Both the position numbers and the translations under genes were made by a program. This document shows, one piece after another, positions 8,218 to 17,738 of a DNA stretch of 64,000 bases. The stretch is from a virus. The stretch spans positions 26,000-89,999 of IMG/VR virus record IMGVR_UViG_3300027782_004428, one strand, 5' to 3'. Position 1 is the first letter of the stretch, and the number at the start of each line of letters is the position of its first letter. The notes under the pieces are model-generated. The model was given only the letters and a program-made list of their open reading frames with translations, did not search any database and was not told where the DNA came from.

Positions 8218-9178
8218 TGGTGTGGTCACCACTTACAAGAACATTGAGGCTTGTGCGGTACTGGATGGTTATACTGTGGATTATATTGACCCCGGGCGGT
8301 TCCGCTATGTTGATTGTCCTGGCTACAACGAAGTCAAACTTGCCATTCCGCGGGCAATGGGCAAGAAGATCGAAGAGATTGATCCGGATCATATCCACAT
8401 CGCCACAGAAGGTCCTCTTGGTCTGTGGGCTAGAAAGTATCTTTCAATATGCGATTATAGGTATAACACCGCTTATCATACTAAGTTTCCTGAAGGTCTA
8501 AAAAAGTTATTTGGTATTCCCGAAGCAGTGACTTGGCCGCTGGTGCGTTGGTTCCACAAGCATTCGGGAAAAGTTCTAACCACAACCGAAACCATGGTAC
8601 GTGAATTACAATCACACGGGTTTCGGGGCGAAATTGTTCCGTGGACTCGTGGTGTAGACCGTACAATCTTTAATCCCACTCACAGACAAAAAACTATCAG
8701 TCGCTACATCTTGTGTGTTAGTCGTGTAAGTAAAGAAAAGAATCTTGAAAAGTTTCTTGAGATGGACTATCCAGGTTTCTTAAAAATCATGGTAGGTGAT
8801 GGACCCATGCTGGAAACCTATCGTCGGCAGTATCCTGCGGTTCACTTTACAGGATTCAAAACAGGAGTAGATCTAGCCAAATACTATGCCAATGCCGAAG
8901 TATTTGTGTTTCCTAGCCAGTGGGAAACATTTGGCATTGTAATGATCGAAGCCATGGCTTGCGGCACACCTGTCGCTGCATATCCATGTCAAGGCCCAGA
9001 AGATGTTATTGACGAAGGTGTCACTGGCTGTATGAATGCGGACTTAAAGCAGGCCGTCACTGATTGTTTGTTTTTGAATAGAAATCAAGTATGGTCGGGT
9101 AGTCAACGTTGGTCATGGGATCGTGCCTGGGCGATATTCAGAGACAATCTAATTCCGGCGAAGCCGAGCAAGTCCTAG
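8168..9178 (+). CDS. agt: GT4 glycosyltransferase, Agt-type glycosyl-diacylglycerol synthase
   Basis: ILIITD..PDQINGVV, CPGYNEVKL, PDHIHIATEGPLG, YHTKFPE, RGVD, VSRVSKEKNL, FPSQWETFGIVMIEAMACGTPV. Confidence 0.78.
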   Translation: MTKKILIITDNLPDQINGVVTTYKNIEACAVLDGYTVDYIDPGRFRYVDCPGYNEVKLAIPRAMGKKIEEIDPDHIHIATEGPLGLWARKYLSICDYRYNTAYHTKFPEGLKKLFGIPEAVTWPLVRWFHKHSGKVLTTTETMVRELQSHGFRGEIVPWTRGVDRTIFNPTHRQKTISRYILCVSRVSKEKNLEKFLEMDYPGFLKIMVGDGPMLETYRRQYPAVHFTGFKTGVDLAKYYANAEVFVFPSQWETFGIVMIEAMACGTPVAAYPCQGPEDVIDEGVTGCMNADLKQAVTDCLFLNRNQVWSGSQRWSWDRAWAIFRDNLIPAKPSKS

Positions 9179-9856
9179 TGTTCTGAACAGGCTGAGCCAC
9201 ATCCAGCCTATATCAAATTCATACCAGTTCTTAGAGAGGCGGGCACTCGCTGGGTCCAAGTGGTGGTTGTTGTGCAACTCTTCACCGCCAATAACAATAC
9301 CCCAAGGCACAATATTACGACTATGATCTTTAGTTTTGCCATTTCTATATCCAATCCAATGTCCAACGCCGTTTATGACTCCGGCTGCCCAGAAAGGTAT
9401 CCATATCATCTGGATGCCCCAGATTACCGGACCCCACCATCCAAACACCAAGACGTCTAGCACAAAGAGAATGCCAATGCCAAGTCTAGAGTAAGGCTGG
9501 TATACGTGAAGCTCCATCCAATCAGCAGGAGTACCACGACCGTATGTATCAACCATAGTTTTATCTTTTGATGCCGCATGATATAGTACTGCCCCTTTAA
9601 ATAATACCTGCCATATACCGTACACATGAGGGGTATGCGGATCACCTTCCACATCACTGTATCTGTGATGCTTGCGATGTATGGCCACCCATTGCTTGGT
9701 TACCATGCCTGTGGTCAGCCATAACCAAAATCTCATGAAATGTTCAAGTGCAGGATGAAACTCTATGCCCTTGTGGGCCTGGCCACGATGCAAATACAAA
9801 GTGACACAGACGATGGTAATGTGTGTCATTACCAATGTTGCTATTAATTCTATCAT
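9149..9856 (-). CDS. desA: Delta-9 acyl-CoA/lipid desaturase (DesA-like)
   Basis: His boxes HRGQAH, HRKHH, HNNHH; WAAGVINGVGH; WYEFDIGW; TAAATA-N4-ATG. Confidence 0.9.
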   Translation of the reverse strand: MIELIATLVMTHITIVCVTLYLHRGQAHKGIEFHPALEHFMRFWLWLTTGMVTKQWVAIHRKHHRYSDVEGDPHTPHVYGIWQVLFKGAVLYHAASKDKTMVDTYGRGTPADWMELHVYQPYSRLGIGILFVLDVLVFGWWGPVIWGIQMIWIPFWAAGVINGVGHWIGYRNGKTKDHSRNIVPWGIVIGGEELHNNHHLDPASARLSKNWYEFDIGWMWLSLFRTLGLARLRRN

Positions 9857-9869
9857 TGTGTATTTAACG

Positions 9870-9890
9870 AAAAAGCCCCTCTCGGGGCTG
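9870..9890 (-). terminator. Rho-independent terminator
   Basis: AGCCCC-GAGA-GGGGCT + T run on the minus strand. Confidence 0.7.
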
Positions 9891-9892
9891 AT

Positions 9893-10144
9893 TTATTTTG
9901 CAGGGGGTTTCCGTACTCGGGGCTTCTTGGCCGCCACTGCTGGTTTCGCAACAGGTGCTGCTTTGGGACGAGCCGGTGCTCTTGGCTTTTTGGCAGGAGC
10001 AGTTGTGGCCACTGGAACGGGTTCCGGAGCAATTTCACTTGCCTTGGGAAACGGCCAATCAGTGCTGGGTGCCTCAACTTTGTACGGTGCTGAAGTATCT
10101 GGGTGTTTTGGTTTGGCAAAAAAGCCTTTTAAAAATCGTAGCAT
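9893..10144 (-). CDS. Small Lys/Ala/Pro-rich basic protein (histone-like tail)
   Basis: AGGAG RBS; PAKKPRAPARPKAAPVAKP repeats; TAAATA upstream. Confidence 0.6.
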   Translation of the reverse strand: MLRFLKGFFAKPKHPDTSAPYKVEAPSTDWPFPKASEIAPEPVPVATTAPAKKPRAPARPKAAPVAKPAVAAKKPRVRKPPAK

Positions 10145-10193
10145 AATGTTCTCCTGTATAGTTATTTATTAGTGATAGCTCACTAGAGAAATG

Positions 10194-10225
10194 TGTTGCA
10201 TTGCAACATCATTGTCATATATAAT
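10194..10225 (+). promoter_or_regulatory. sigma70 promoter overlapped by a PhaR-type palindrome
   Basis: TGTTGCA-T-TGCAACA (10194-10208) over -35 TTGCAT; -10 TATAAT at 10220-10225. Confidence 0.6.
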
Positions 10226-10286
10226 AGTACATAGGACGCTGGATAGGCCGGGTCCTATGGCAACTTGCTTAATTAAGGAGAACATT

Positions 10287-10565
10287 ATGTTTACAGCAGA
10301 CGCATTCATCGACACCGTTCAAACCGGTAAAAAAACTTTCGTTAACACATTCGTCACAAACGAAACCGCCAAAGAAGCAATGATCAAGTTCATTGATTCA
10401 CAAGCAGAGTACACCAAAAAGGCCGCCAAGGTTGGCATGGATGCATTCACCACAGTCACAAGCGAAGCTGTTAAGGCCGCTCAAGAAGCTACCAAATTTG
10501 ACTATGTGAAATTTGGCGAAGGCATCATGAAGGCTTACACAGCCCAAACAGCCAAAGCAAAGTAA
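10287..10565 (+). CDS. Phasin-like amphipathic helical protein
   Basis: TAAGGAG RBS; 92 aa, Ala/Lys/Thr-rich and apparently all-helical; PhaR-type box upstream. Confidence 0.5.
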   Translation: MFTADAFIDTVQTGKKTFVNTFVTNETAKEAMIKFIDSQAEYTKKAAKVGMDAFTTVTSEAVKAAQEATKFDYVKFGEGIMKAYTAQTAKAK

Positions 10566-10580
10566 TACTCAAGTACTACC

Positions 10581-10609
10581 AAAAAAGCCCCAAAATCTGG
10601 GGTTTTTTT
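10581..10609 (+). terminator. Rho-independent terminator
   Basis: AAAAAAGCCCCA...TGGGGTTTTTTT. Confidence 0.75.
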
Positions 10610-10611
10610 AT

Positions 10612-10672
10612 GGTTGACCAATAAATGCCCAAATGCTATAATATACACATAAACAGCAAAAAGGAGCCAGAT
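10612..10672 (+). promoter_or_regulatory. Early promoter/RBS cassette
   Basis: GGTTGACC-N17-TATAAT-ATACACATA...AAGGAGCC. Confidence 0.85.
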
Positions 10673-10936
10673 ATGAAAGCACTACAAGCCTACATTGATC
10701 GTCAAAATAAGTGGAATGTAATTTTTAAAGGTCGTCAATATGAGATTGATACTTTTGAAGGTCGCAAGCAAGTGGCTCAAATGATTGATGCCGCACTGAG
10801 TCCTGAAAATTTGACCTGCGATGGTGAACTACCCCGTAGTCAGGTGCAAGCCCGTTATCGTGAATTGACTGCCGCGGCAAAGGATCTGATTAAGATGGAT
10901 CCAAGGGTTGCCCAGTATATGTACGAGTTTGGTTGA
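10673..10936 (+). CDS. Hypothetical phage early protein
   Basis: RBS AAGGAG; LSPENLTCDGE motif; TGA overlaps the next -35. Confidence 0.75.
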   Translation: MKALQAYIDRQNKWNVIFKGRQYEIDTFEGRKQVAQMIDAALSPENLTCDGELPRSQVQARYRELTAAAKDLIKMDPRVAQYMYEFG

Positions 10937-10970
10937 CCAATAAATCCCAATTTGCTATAATTACACTATT

Positions 10971-11120
10971 ATGAAGCCCATACATTTCACACTAGCACCC
11001 GTAAAGGAACGTCGTCATCGAGCTCTGTTCGATTCGGCTCTGCCGTTCCGCGGTCGTGTGGAACGTCCCAAGACTGAGTACCGGCGCAAGCCCAAGCACA
11101 AAAATCAAGGTGAAGAATGA
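10971..11120 (+). CDS. ArfA-like (alternative ribosome rescue factor A) peptide, 49 aa, missed by the ORF track
   Basis: MKPIHFTLAPVKERRHRALFDSALPFRGRVERPKTEYRRKPKHKNQGEE; own promoter 10933-10961; ATGA coupling to the next gene. Confidence 0.6.
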   Translation: MKPIHFTLAPVKERRHRALFDSALPFRGRVERPKTEYRRKPKHKNQGEE

Positions 11121-11362
11121 AACTGGTTATACCTCTGTTGCTGTCACTGTTGGTAGGCTGTGCTTCACAATCTAGTACACCACCAGCGTCAGTTGCGGCC
11201 ATGCCCAATGACTGTGCCAATCGACAAGCAATTATCAATTGGCTAGAAACTCAATCCGCAATTCCTCGACAGGCCTTTGAAAGTGAAAAACACTATGAAC
11301 AAACACGCTCGCAGATTCGTCACCGCTTGTGGCATGTGCGTTATAACTGTCAGCCTGTCTAG
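11117..11362 (+). CDS. Putative lipoprotein
   Basis: Lipobox LLVGC. Confidence 0.7.
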   Translation: MKLVIPLLLSLLVGCASQSSTPPASVAAMPNDCANRQAIINWLETQSAIPRQAFESEKHYEQTRSQIRHRLWHVRYNCQPV

Positions 11363-11618
11363 TGGTTGTGCCACTCACCCAGATGCCACCCGCATACCCA
11401 TGGCCACAATAGATCTTAACCACTTTCAAGTTGACTGTAGGGTCAAAGATCAGCAGGTGGCCATGTTGCAAGCCATGCGTCAAACACCCAACGAACAATT
11501 TGGCAGTCGCATGCGAGCCATGAATCCTTTTGTTTGGACCAGCGACCATGATGTGGCATTTAACAATCCCAACAAATACATCAACTATCATCTCAACAAT
11601 TTGAGGTATTGCCCATGA
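11295..11618 (+). CDS. Putative lipoprotein
   Basis: LSSGC lipobox-like motif; start uncertain. Confidence 0.55.
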   Translation: MNKHARRFVTACGMCVITVSLSSGCATHPDATRIPMATIDLNHFQVDCRVKDQQVAMLQAMRQTPNEQFGSRMRAMNPFVWTSDHDVAFNNPNKYINYHLNNLRYCP

Positions 11619-12175
11619 AACGACTTCTACTTGCCGCACTGATACCTGCCAGTGTCATGGCAACTGAGTGTGTGCTGAATGATCGAACTGTGACAGCCAG
11701 TGCCGCGCAAATTGAAGAACGATCTGGTCTACGTCAAGAGGTCGTAACAGCACCAGATGGTGCTCGTAGATGCATTGCAAGTTTCAAAGCCAGAATTGGC
11801 GCCTCGTGGTATTGGACACAAGGACAATATGACTGGACAGATGGTCGTCCCCGGGCAGAAGCCTGTGCAGTGGCAGTGGCCCGAGCAGAAGATGCAGTCA
11901 AAACACAAGTTGAACCCACTCATGTTCGCAGTGAAAAGGTTATGATTTGTACAGACCAAAAAGATTTAGAGTTGCTTCGCAGTACCAATCCAGGTAGTGT
12001 GGGACGACTACACCAATTCCGACCTCATCCAGATTTTCCAAAGAGATTCTGGCATAATGGTGCCCAGTGCAAATTCTTTTTGGATAGTGCATTTCGGAAT
12101 CAAGACGTTTATACCTATCAGGGTGTGATATGTCTGGTCCAAAAGGATCAATGGGTAGTGGTTGACAAGTTTTGA
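11615..12175 (+). CDS. Secreted Cys-containing hypothetical protein
   Basis: Signal peptide MKRLLLAALIPASVMA. Confidence 0.65.
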   Translation: MKRLLLAALIPASVMATECVLNDRTVTASAAQIEERSGLRQEVVTAPDGARRCIASFKARIGASWYWTQGQYDWTDGRPRAEACAVAVARAEDAVKTQVEPTHVRSEKVMICTDQKDLELLRSTNPGSVGRLHQFRPHPDFPKRFWHNGAQCKFFLDSAFRNQDVYTYQGVICLVQKDQWVVVDKF

Positions 12176-12224
12176 CCATTTGTGTATAATAGAAGTATCG
12201 TGTAACTAACCTGAAAGGTTTTGT

Positions 12225-13040
12225 ATGTTAATCAAACGTTTATCCGTGTTAGCAGTAGCCACAAGTCTTGTGGCATGTGCAAGCACCACGGCACCAAAAG
12301 CCGAAACTGCGACTCCCACTCCGGTGGCTCGTGTGGTTGAAATAGCGCCGCAAGTGGTCCCTGTGCATGCTTATGCAATGCCGGCTCGCCAGGCTCGTGT
12401 GGTGCCACAAGCACCTGAGTGGTATGTCCGCATGCCAGAAGACACCGCAGACATGACATTTGCTGTGGGTACTGCAACATCAACAGATGAGCAGATGGCG
12501 TACGACAAAGCACGTATGGCCGCAGAGCGCAAACTAGTTGAACAAATGTATGCTAGAATCACCACACAGACCAACAGCTTCAAGGCTGATCGTGGTAGTG
12601 CTACAATTGAAAACTACCAGCAAGTCACACGCAAAAATGCACGTGGCGAACTGAGTGGCGCCCAACGTGTGGATAGTCAAGTCACACATGATGGACAATC
12701 CTACAAGGTCTATGTACTATTGCGACTGCCAGTAGGTGCCAGCAACACAATGCAAACACGTCGTGATCAACAACGTATGCAACGTGAAGGGGAAACCCGT
12801 GGTCGTGCCGCAGAGCGTGACATGGACACAAACGAAGCACGTGACGCACGAATTGAACAAGAAAATACTCGTTCACTTGAACGCAGTCTTGAACCCCAGA
12901 GCCGAGTTACCCCTGTAACTGTACCTACCACTTCGGGAGAACTTAAACTACTGGATGTTGACAACGCTGAATATCGGCAAAAACGAGCAGAAGCACTACA
13001 AAAACCAGGTGCTGTAGTAGGACAGACAGTAGTTAGATAA
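12225..13040 (+). CDS. LPP20-like lipoprotein
   Basis: Lipobox LVAC; PEWY...FAVGTATS...AYDKARMAA; promoter TTGACA(12162)-N17-TATAAT. Confidence 0.7.
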   Translation: MLIKRLSVLAVATSLVACASTTAPKAETATPTPVARVVEIAPQVVPVHAYAMPARQARVVPQAPEWYVRMPEDTADMTFAVGTATSTDEQMAYDKARMAAERKLVEQMYARITTQTNSFKADRGSATIENYQQVTRKNARGELSGAQRVDSQVTHDGQSYKVYVLLRLPVGASNTMQTRRDQQRMQREGETRGRAAERDMDTNEARDARIEQENTRSLERSLEPQSRVTPVTVPTTSGELKLLDVDNAEYRQKRAEALQKPGAVVGQTVVR

Positions 13041-13098
13041 GTCCAAAAACGGCGTATAAATACAAGCGGTGTTACCACACCGCTTTCTTCACTTTAAA

Positions 13099-13674
13099 AT
13101 GACCACCGAAACCACACAAACAATTGAGCAGACCCACACCCAAGCCTTGGCCGATGCAGGAATGTATGTTTTTATGGGGGAAGTTGATCGCGACAACATC
13201 AAACCCATAATTGAATGGATCCTGCACGAGAACTTTGTGGCCAAGAGAAAACGCAAAGAACTCTTGTTGATGATTTGCTCCGAAGGCGGAGACATGAGTT
13301 CTGCATTTGCCTTGATTGATGTCATGCGCAGTTCTGTCATTCCTATCAAAGCTGTGGGACTGGGGCAAATTGCCAGTGCCGGATTGTTGATCTTTTTGGC
13401 AGGAACACCGGGTCGTAGAACGCTTACTCCAAACACAAGTATTATGAGTCACCAATATGCCTGGGGCAGTGATGGCAAGCATCACGAGCTGTTGGCCACA
13501 ATCAAAGAGTTTGAGCTAACACAAACCCGTATGGTACAGCACTACATAGATTGTACAGGTCTAAACGAAGAACAAATCAAACAACACCTGTTGCCACCGC
13601 ATGATGTTTATTTGGGTGCGGATGATGCCTTGCGGTTGGGCATCTGCGACCATATCAGCCAACTGTCTCGTTAG
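13099..13674 (+). CDS. ClpP-like serine protease (divergent paralog)
   Basis: ICSEGG, GQIASAG (Ser), IMSHQ (His), HDVYL (Asp); TATAAATA at 13055. Confidence 0.8.
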   Translation: MTTETTQTIEQTHTQALADAGMYVFMGEVDRDNIKPIIEWILHENFVAKRKRKELLLMICSEGGDMSSAFALIDVMRSSVIPIKAVGLGQIASAGLLIFLAGTPGRRTLTPNTSIMSHQYAWGSDGKHHELLATIKEFELTQTRMVQHYIDCTGLNEEQIKQHLLPPHDVYLGADDALRLGICDHISQLSR

Positions 13675-15239
13675 CCCTTTTTCTTACGTCCCAGCGTCTT
13701 TTCGTCAAAGTCGGGCTCTTGACTTTGTCTGGATGCTCGAGCACCCGGACCAGACAGTCTAGGTTCCTGACCTACCTGATCAAGTTTTGCATTTTCAGCA
13801 TCAGTATCGCCTACCGCAGTAACGTCCACATCAGTATCTTTGTCACCACCGCCATTGTAACTAAAACTCACACGACCAATAATACCTGTGGCTGAATAAC
13901 ACTTGGTAGCATCCAGTCCCACAGTGCCCTTAAAGTCTGGTGGGTATTTGCTGGTAAACCCAGTGACAGTATAATTGCCGGCTTTTTCTGACCCGTTTAG
14001 ATGTAACTGAATAATAGGACTAGAGTTCAAAAACTTCAAACATGCTTTGCCAAACTTTGGGTCCTGGTTGATGTTTTTAGATACTCGTCGAGCCAAAGCA
14101 GCCAATGCATGGTACCCTGTGTTGTAACGGGGATTATCTGTTTTGGCATTGATGTCGCCCATGAGATCTAGGATAGCCGGATTGGTAGGTGTGGCATTGG
14201 TTTTAACCAATTGCTTGATTTCTGCTCCGGTTTCCTGATCAATGATGCCTTGCTCTACGCCATACACAATGGGAAAATCTAGTGAGCTTAACTGACCAAC
14301 ACGTTCAATAACTTCTACCTGGTCTGCGTATTCTGTTAGCAATTCTGTCATGTCTTTTTGTCTTGCAGTTTTGACACCGTCTGAAATGTTCTTAACTGAG
14401 GCACTGGCACCTTTTTCGCCTTTGCTAGAGATACCAATCTCAACACCGCCTGGATGCAACAAGTAACTATCAACCAGGAGATTGTTTTTACCAGCTGGGA
14501 AATTAATTGCGCTTCCATCATAGGTACCGTCTTCGCCAAGTATATCTTTACGTGCGGCCTCGGCACCCACGCCCATGTTCATACCTTGTATCAAAGCAAT
14601 AGGCCCAATAGTTTCACCGAGATCATCACGCACAGCAGTGACCATGTCGCCCATGTTTTCAAACCTGGGCAATTGACCAGCCAGCAACTGATCCATACCT
14701 GGGCGTACTTTGTCAATGCTGGACATTTGATCGGGTGTTATTCCTGGTCGAGTGCCCATAGCGGCCACAGTATCTGCTGGTGTAGCAAAGATTGAATTTT
14801 CGGGAAATAAATCTGCTGGTTTGAGTTTGTAGTAGGAACCTTTTAAACTTACCGCTTTGTTTAACTGCCAGCCGCCAGGCAACTCAGAGTTTTTCCAGAA
14901 ACCTGCCATGTCAGGTTTGATCTCGCTGAAAAATCTACCAAAATATGTTTTTTGGCCTGCCGCAGGACCGTTAAATGTTAAAATAGCAAAGGCCTTGCTG
15001 GCTTGTGTAGGTTTGTTACTCCAGGTAATACTGGGATATTGGTTGAACAAATCTGCACCTGTTTGCGACATTTCATCATAGTTGGCATAGGCACCTGGCA
15101 TGCCAGGAAAGTAATCAACCTTGTCAAATACAATTTCGGCGGTGGGATTATCTTTGGATCCTTGAAAAAACGAGTCGCCCTGATCACGATACAACAATCC
15201 GCGACTTTTTTCCATGATAATATTGATAAGATCTCTCAT
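13671..15239 (-). CDS. Large hypothetical protein with PD-(D/E)xK-like motif; possible virion-internal protein
   Basis: LVDSY...EIGISSKG; N-terminus [10 protein letters not shown]. Confidence 0.45.
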   Translation of the reverse strand: MRDLINIIMEKSRGLLYRDQGDSFFQGSKDNPTAEIVFDKVDYFPGMPGAYANYDEMSQTGADLFNQYPSITWSNKPTQASKAFAILTFNGPAAGQKTYFGRFFSEIKPDMAGFWKNSELPGGWQLNKAVSLKGSYYKLKPADLFPENSIFATPADTVAAMGTRPGITPDQMSSIDKVRPGMDQLLAGQLPRFENMGDMVTAVRDDLGETIGPIALIQGMNMGVGAEAARKDILGEDGTYDGSAINFPAGKNNLLVDSYLLHPGGVEIGISSKGEKGASASVKNISDGVKTARQKDMTELLTEYADQVEVIERVGQLSSLDFPIVYGVEQGIIDQETGAEIKQLVKTNATPTNPAILDLMGDINAKTDNPRYNTGYHALAALARRVSKNINQDPKFGKACLKFLNSSPIIQLHLNGSEKAGNYTVTGFTSKYPPDFKGTVGLDATKCYSATGIIGRVSFSYNGGGDKDTDVDVTAVGDTDAENAKLDQVGQEPRLSGPGARASRQSQEPDFDEKTLGRKKKG

Positions 15240-15290
15240 TGCGTTTTCCAAATAATTATGTTATACTTATGCTTTCAACAAGGAGACCCT

Positions 15291-15884
15291 ATGCCAAATC
15301 TAGTACCAATCGTGCTTGAACAAACCTCAAAAGGTGAACGCAGTTATGACATCTACAGCCGATTGCTAAAGGATCGTGTGATCATGCTGGACACAGAAGT
15401 TTCAGAACACACTGCCAGTTTGCTGGTAGCACAAATGTTGTTTTTGGAAAGTGACAATCCAGACAAAGATATTTCCTTATACATCAACTCACCTGGAGGA
15501 TCAGTCACAGCAGGCATGGCCATCTATGATACCATGCAGTTTATTAAATGTGATGTACAGACCATTGTGATGGGACAGGCCTGCAGCATGGGAAGTCTGC
15601 TAAGTACAGCAGGAGCCGCAGGCAAACGTATGATCCTGCCCCATGCCCGACACATGATTCACCAACCATCAGGTGGTGCTCATGGACAAGCCACAGACAT
15701 CCAAATCCAAGCACGTGAAATTCAAAAGATGAAAGAATATCTGACCACGATCTATGTCAAGCACAACTCAGCGGGTAAAACCTTTGAGCAGTTGAGTGCA
15801 GACATGGAACGTGATTTCTTTATGAGTGCTCAAGAAGCCCTGGACTACGGACTAGTGGACAAGATACTTGACCGCCGTGCCTAA
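15291..15884 (+). CDS. clpP: ATP-dependent Clp protease proteolytic subunit
   Basis: [51 protein letters not shown]; AAGGAG RBS. Confidence 0.95.
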   Translation: MPNLVPIVLEQTSKGERSYDIYSRLLKDRVIMLDTEVSEHTASLLVAQMLFLESDNPDKDISLYINSPGGSVTAGMAIYDTMQFIKCDVQTIVMGQACSMGSLLSTAGAAGKRMILPHARHMIHQPSGGAHGQATDIQIQAREIQKMKEYLTTIYVKHNSAGKTFEQLSADMERDFFMSAQEALDYGLVDKILDRRA

Positions 15885-17166
15885 CTCAAACATATTCTGC
15901 AATACTCCGTGGTATGAGCTACACATCTATTGGGATGGTAGTTTAGGTATCTGTTGTCAAGAGTCTCACAAACTCTATGACGACAACAGTTACAACATTG
16001 CCACGACTAGTATTGCAGAATGGTTTAACTCTGACCCTGTACGACATTTTAGGCAAGGTGTCTTGGGCGATCGCCCGGTGAGTGCGTGTTCTAGATGTTA
16101 TCAAGAAGAGATCGTGGGCGGCAATAGTCGTCGCATCAAAAGCAATCAAAAAAGTGTTATCTTCCAGCAGGCGTTTGAGGACAGTTTTGAACAAAGTCCT
16201 GGCCGTAGACATTTTGATGAGTCTGGAACCACTGGTACCCATCCCATTGACATACATGTGGATCTTGGAAACTATTGCAACCTGGCCTGCAAGATGTGCG
16301 ATGCTCAGGCGTCCAGTATCATTGCTTCACAACAGGTCAAGTGGGGGATTGAGTCTAGTAGACAATACCTTGGCACAGATTGGACACAAGATCAACAGGT
16401 GTGGAACAGTTTCCTAACGCAACTGATACACATACCTAAATTAAACAACATTCACTTCATGGGCGGTGAAACACTGTTGACTCGCCGCTTTGAGGATCTT
16501 GTGGATCACTTGATTGCACATGATCGCCTGGATGTGTGTTTCTCTTTTGTGACCAACGGTACTACATTCAAGCCTGAGTTGATGACCAAACTAAAAAAAT
16601 TTCGCAGAGTGGGCATAGAAGTCAGCATAGAAACTGTGGATGCACACAATGTTTACCAACGTCAGGGCACAGACAATCAGTTGGTCATGGCCAATCTTGA
16701 TCGATATCAAGATTTGTGCAACGGATCAAACATAACACTCACAGCAAGACCTGCGGTCAGTGCCCTAACCATTGGATACTTTCCGGGACTGCTGGAATAC
16801 TGCTTGGATAAAAACTTAATAGTCAAGAGTTTGTTGGTTACCAATCCACAATTCTTAAACGCAGTGATCTTGCCCGACACAGTGAAACAACAATATCTCA
16901 AGCATTATCAAGTTCTACTAGACAGATTAAATAGTGTACAAGTTCCCAAGGACTACAATGCCAGTGATCCAAACAATCATGACATGATTGTGAAAGAACA
17001 GGTGCAAATGTGCATGAATATTTTGCGTCAACCGGCGCCCCCAGACGTAGAACAACAGCGCAAACTCATGGTAGAGCATTGTCGCAAATGGGATCAGGTA
17101 TATGGGTATGATGCTAGAACATTGTATCCGGAACTGGCAGAGGTATGGACACAGTATGACTACTAA
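15868..17166 (+). CDS. Radical SAM protein with N-terminal twitch/SPASM-like domain
   Basis: [18 protein letters not shown]; N-terminal C..PW...CC...CSRC. Confidence 0.85.
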   Translation: MTAVPNSNIFCNTPWYELHIYWDGSLGICCQESHKLYDDNSYNIATTSIAEWFNSDPVRHFRQGVLGDRPVSACSRCYQEEIVGGNSRRIKSNQKSVIFQQAFEDSFEQSPGRRHFDESGTTGTHPIDIHVDLGNYCNLACKMCDAQASSIIASQQVKWGIESSRQYLGTDWTQDQQVWNSFLTQLIHIPKLNNIHFMGGETLLTRRFEDLVDHLIAHDRLDVCFSFVTNGTTFKPELMTKLKKFRRVGIEVSIETVDAHNVYQRQGTDNQLVMANLDRYQDLCNGSNITLTARPAVSALTIGYFPGLLEYCLDKNLIVKSLLVTNPQFLNAVILPDTVKQQYLKHYQVLLDRLNSVQVPKDYNASDPNNHDMIVKEQVQMCMNILRQPAPPDVEQQRKLMVEHCRKWDQVYGYDARTLYPELAEVWTQYDY

Positions 17167-17569
17167 AGTAAAAATGTGTGTGACGTTGGACCCAGTGGGC
17201 AAGCCCTGGATAATTGCAGAAGCCAATGGCCGAGGGCAACTTCAACAACTGTTGACCACAACTGATTTCAGTTTTGACTTTAGAGCAGATGATAGTGGGT
17301 ATTTAAAAATCACACACTTTGCCAAAGCAGATCACGATCACGATACCGCGGTGATTGTGAAAGAAATCAAATTTTTTGATATCTCGGATCCCAGATTTGT
17401 CTGGGCTGGGATATACTATCCTGAATATCCTGAACACTATCCCGATAAGACATCTCCGTTGCCAGGGCATGGATACCTTGGATGGAACGGCGTTTATAAA
17501 CTAGAGTTCTCAGTACCAGTGTTTACCTGGATGCACAAAATTAAAAATTTTGGATGGATTTACGGATGA
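17156..17569 (+). CDS. Hypothetical protein
   Basis: Coupled to the radical SAM gene; YLGWNG...FSVPVFTW. Confidence 0.6.
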   Translation: MTTKVKMCVTLDPVGKPWIIAEANGRGQLQQLLTTTDFSFDFRADDSGYLKITHFAKADHDHDTAVIVKEIKFFDISDPRFVWAGIYYPEYPEHYPDKTSPLPGHGYLGWNGVYKLEFSVPVFTWMHKIKNFGWIYG

Positions 17570-17618
17570 ACTTCCCAGCCTTCACGTGCCCAGCGACACA
17601 GCATCAATAGATCTGCAA

Positions 17619-17738
17619 TCATTTTGCGTAGATTGCTTTGGCTTCGGTTATTTTACCAGCTCTGGCCAATACTGAGGCTGCACGAGCTTCGCCCATGGCT
17701 TCAAGAAAATTCCAAATTGAGTCTAAAAATTGTTTCAT
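17619..17738 (-). CDS. 39-aa amphipathic protein (not in ORF track)
   Basis: MKQFLDSIWNFLEAMGEARAASVLARAGKITEAKAIYAK; ATGA overlap with the upstream ORF. Confidence 0.6.
   Translation of the reverse strand: MKQFLDSIWNFLEAMGEARAASVLARAGKITEAKAIYAK

Noticed and set aside
15003-15290. N-terminal extensions given by the ORF track for clpP and others (4243, 10191, 10625, 18776, 29763, 42885)
   Set aside because: Promoter and RBS positions and family N-termini support the downstream ATGs used in the feature list.
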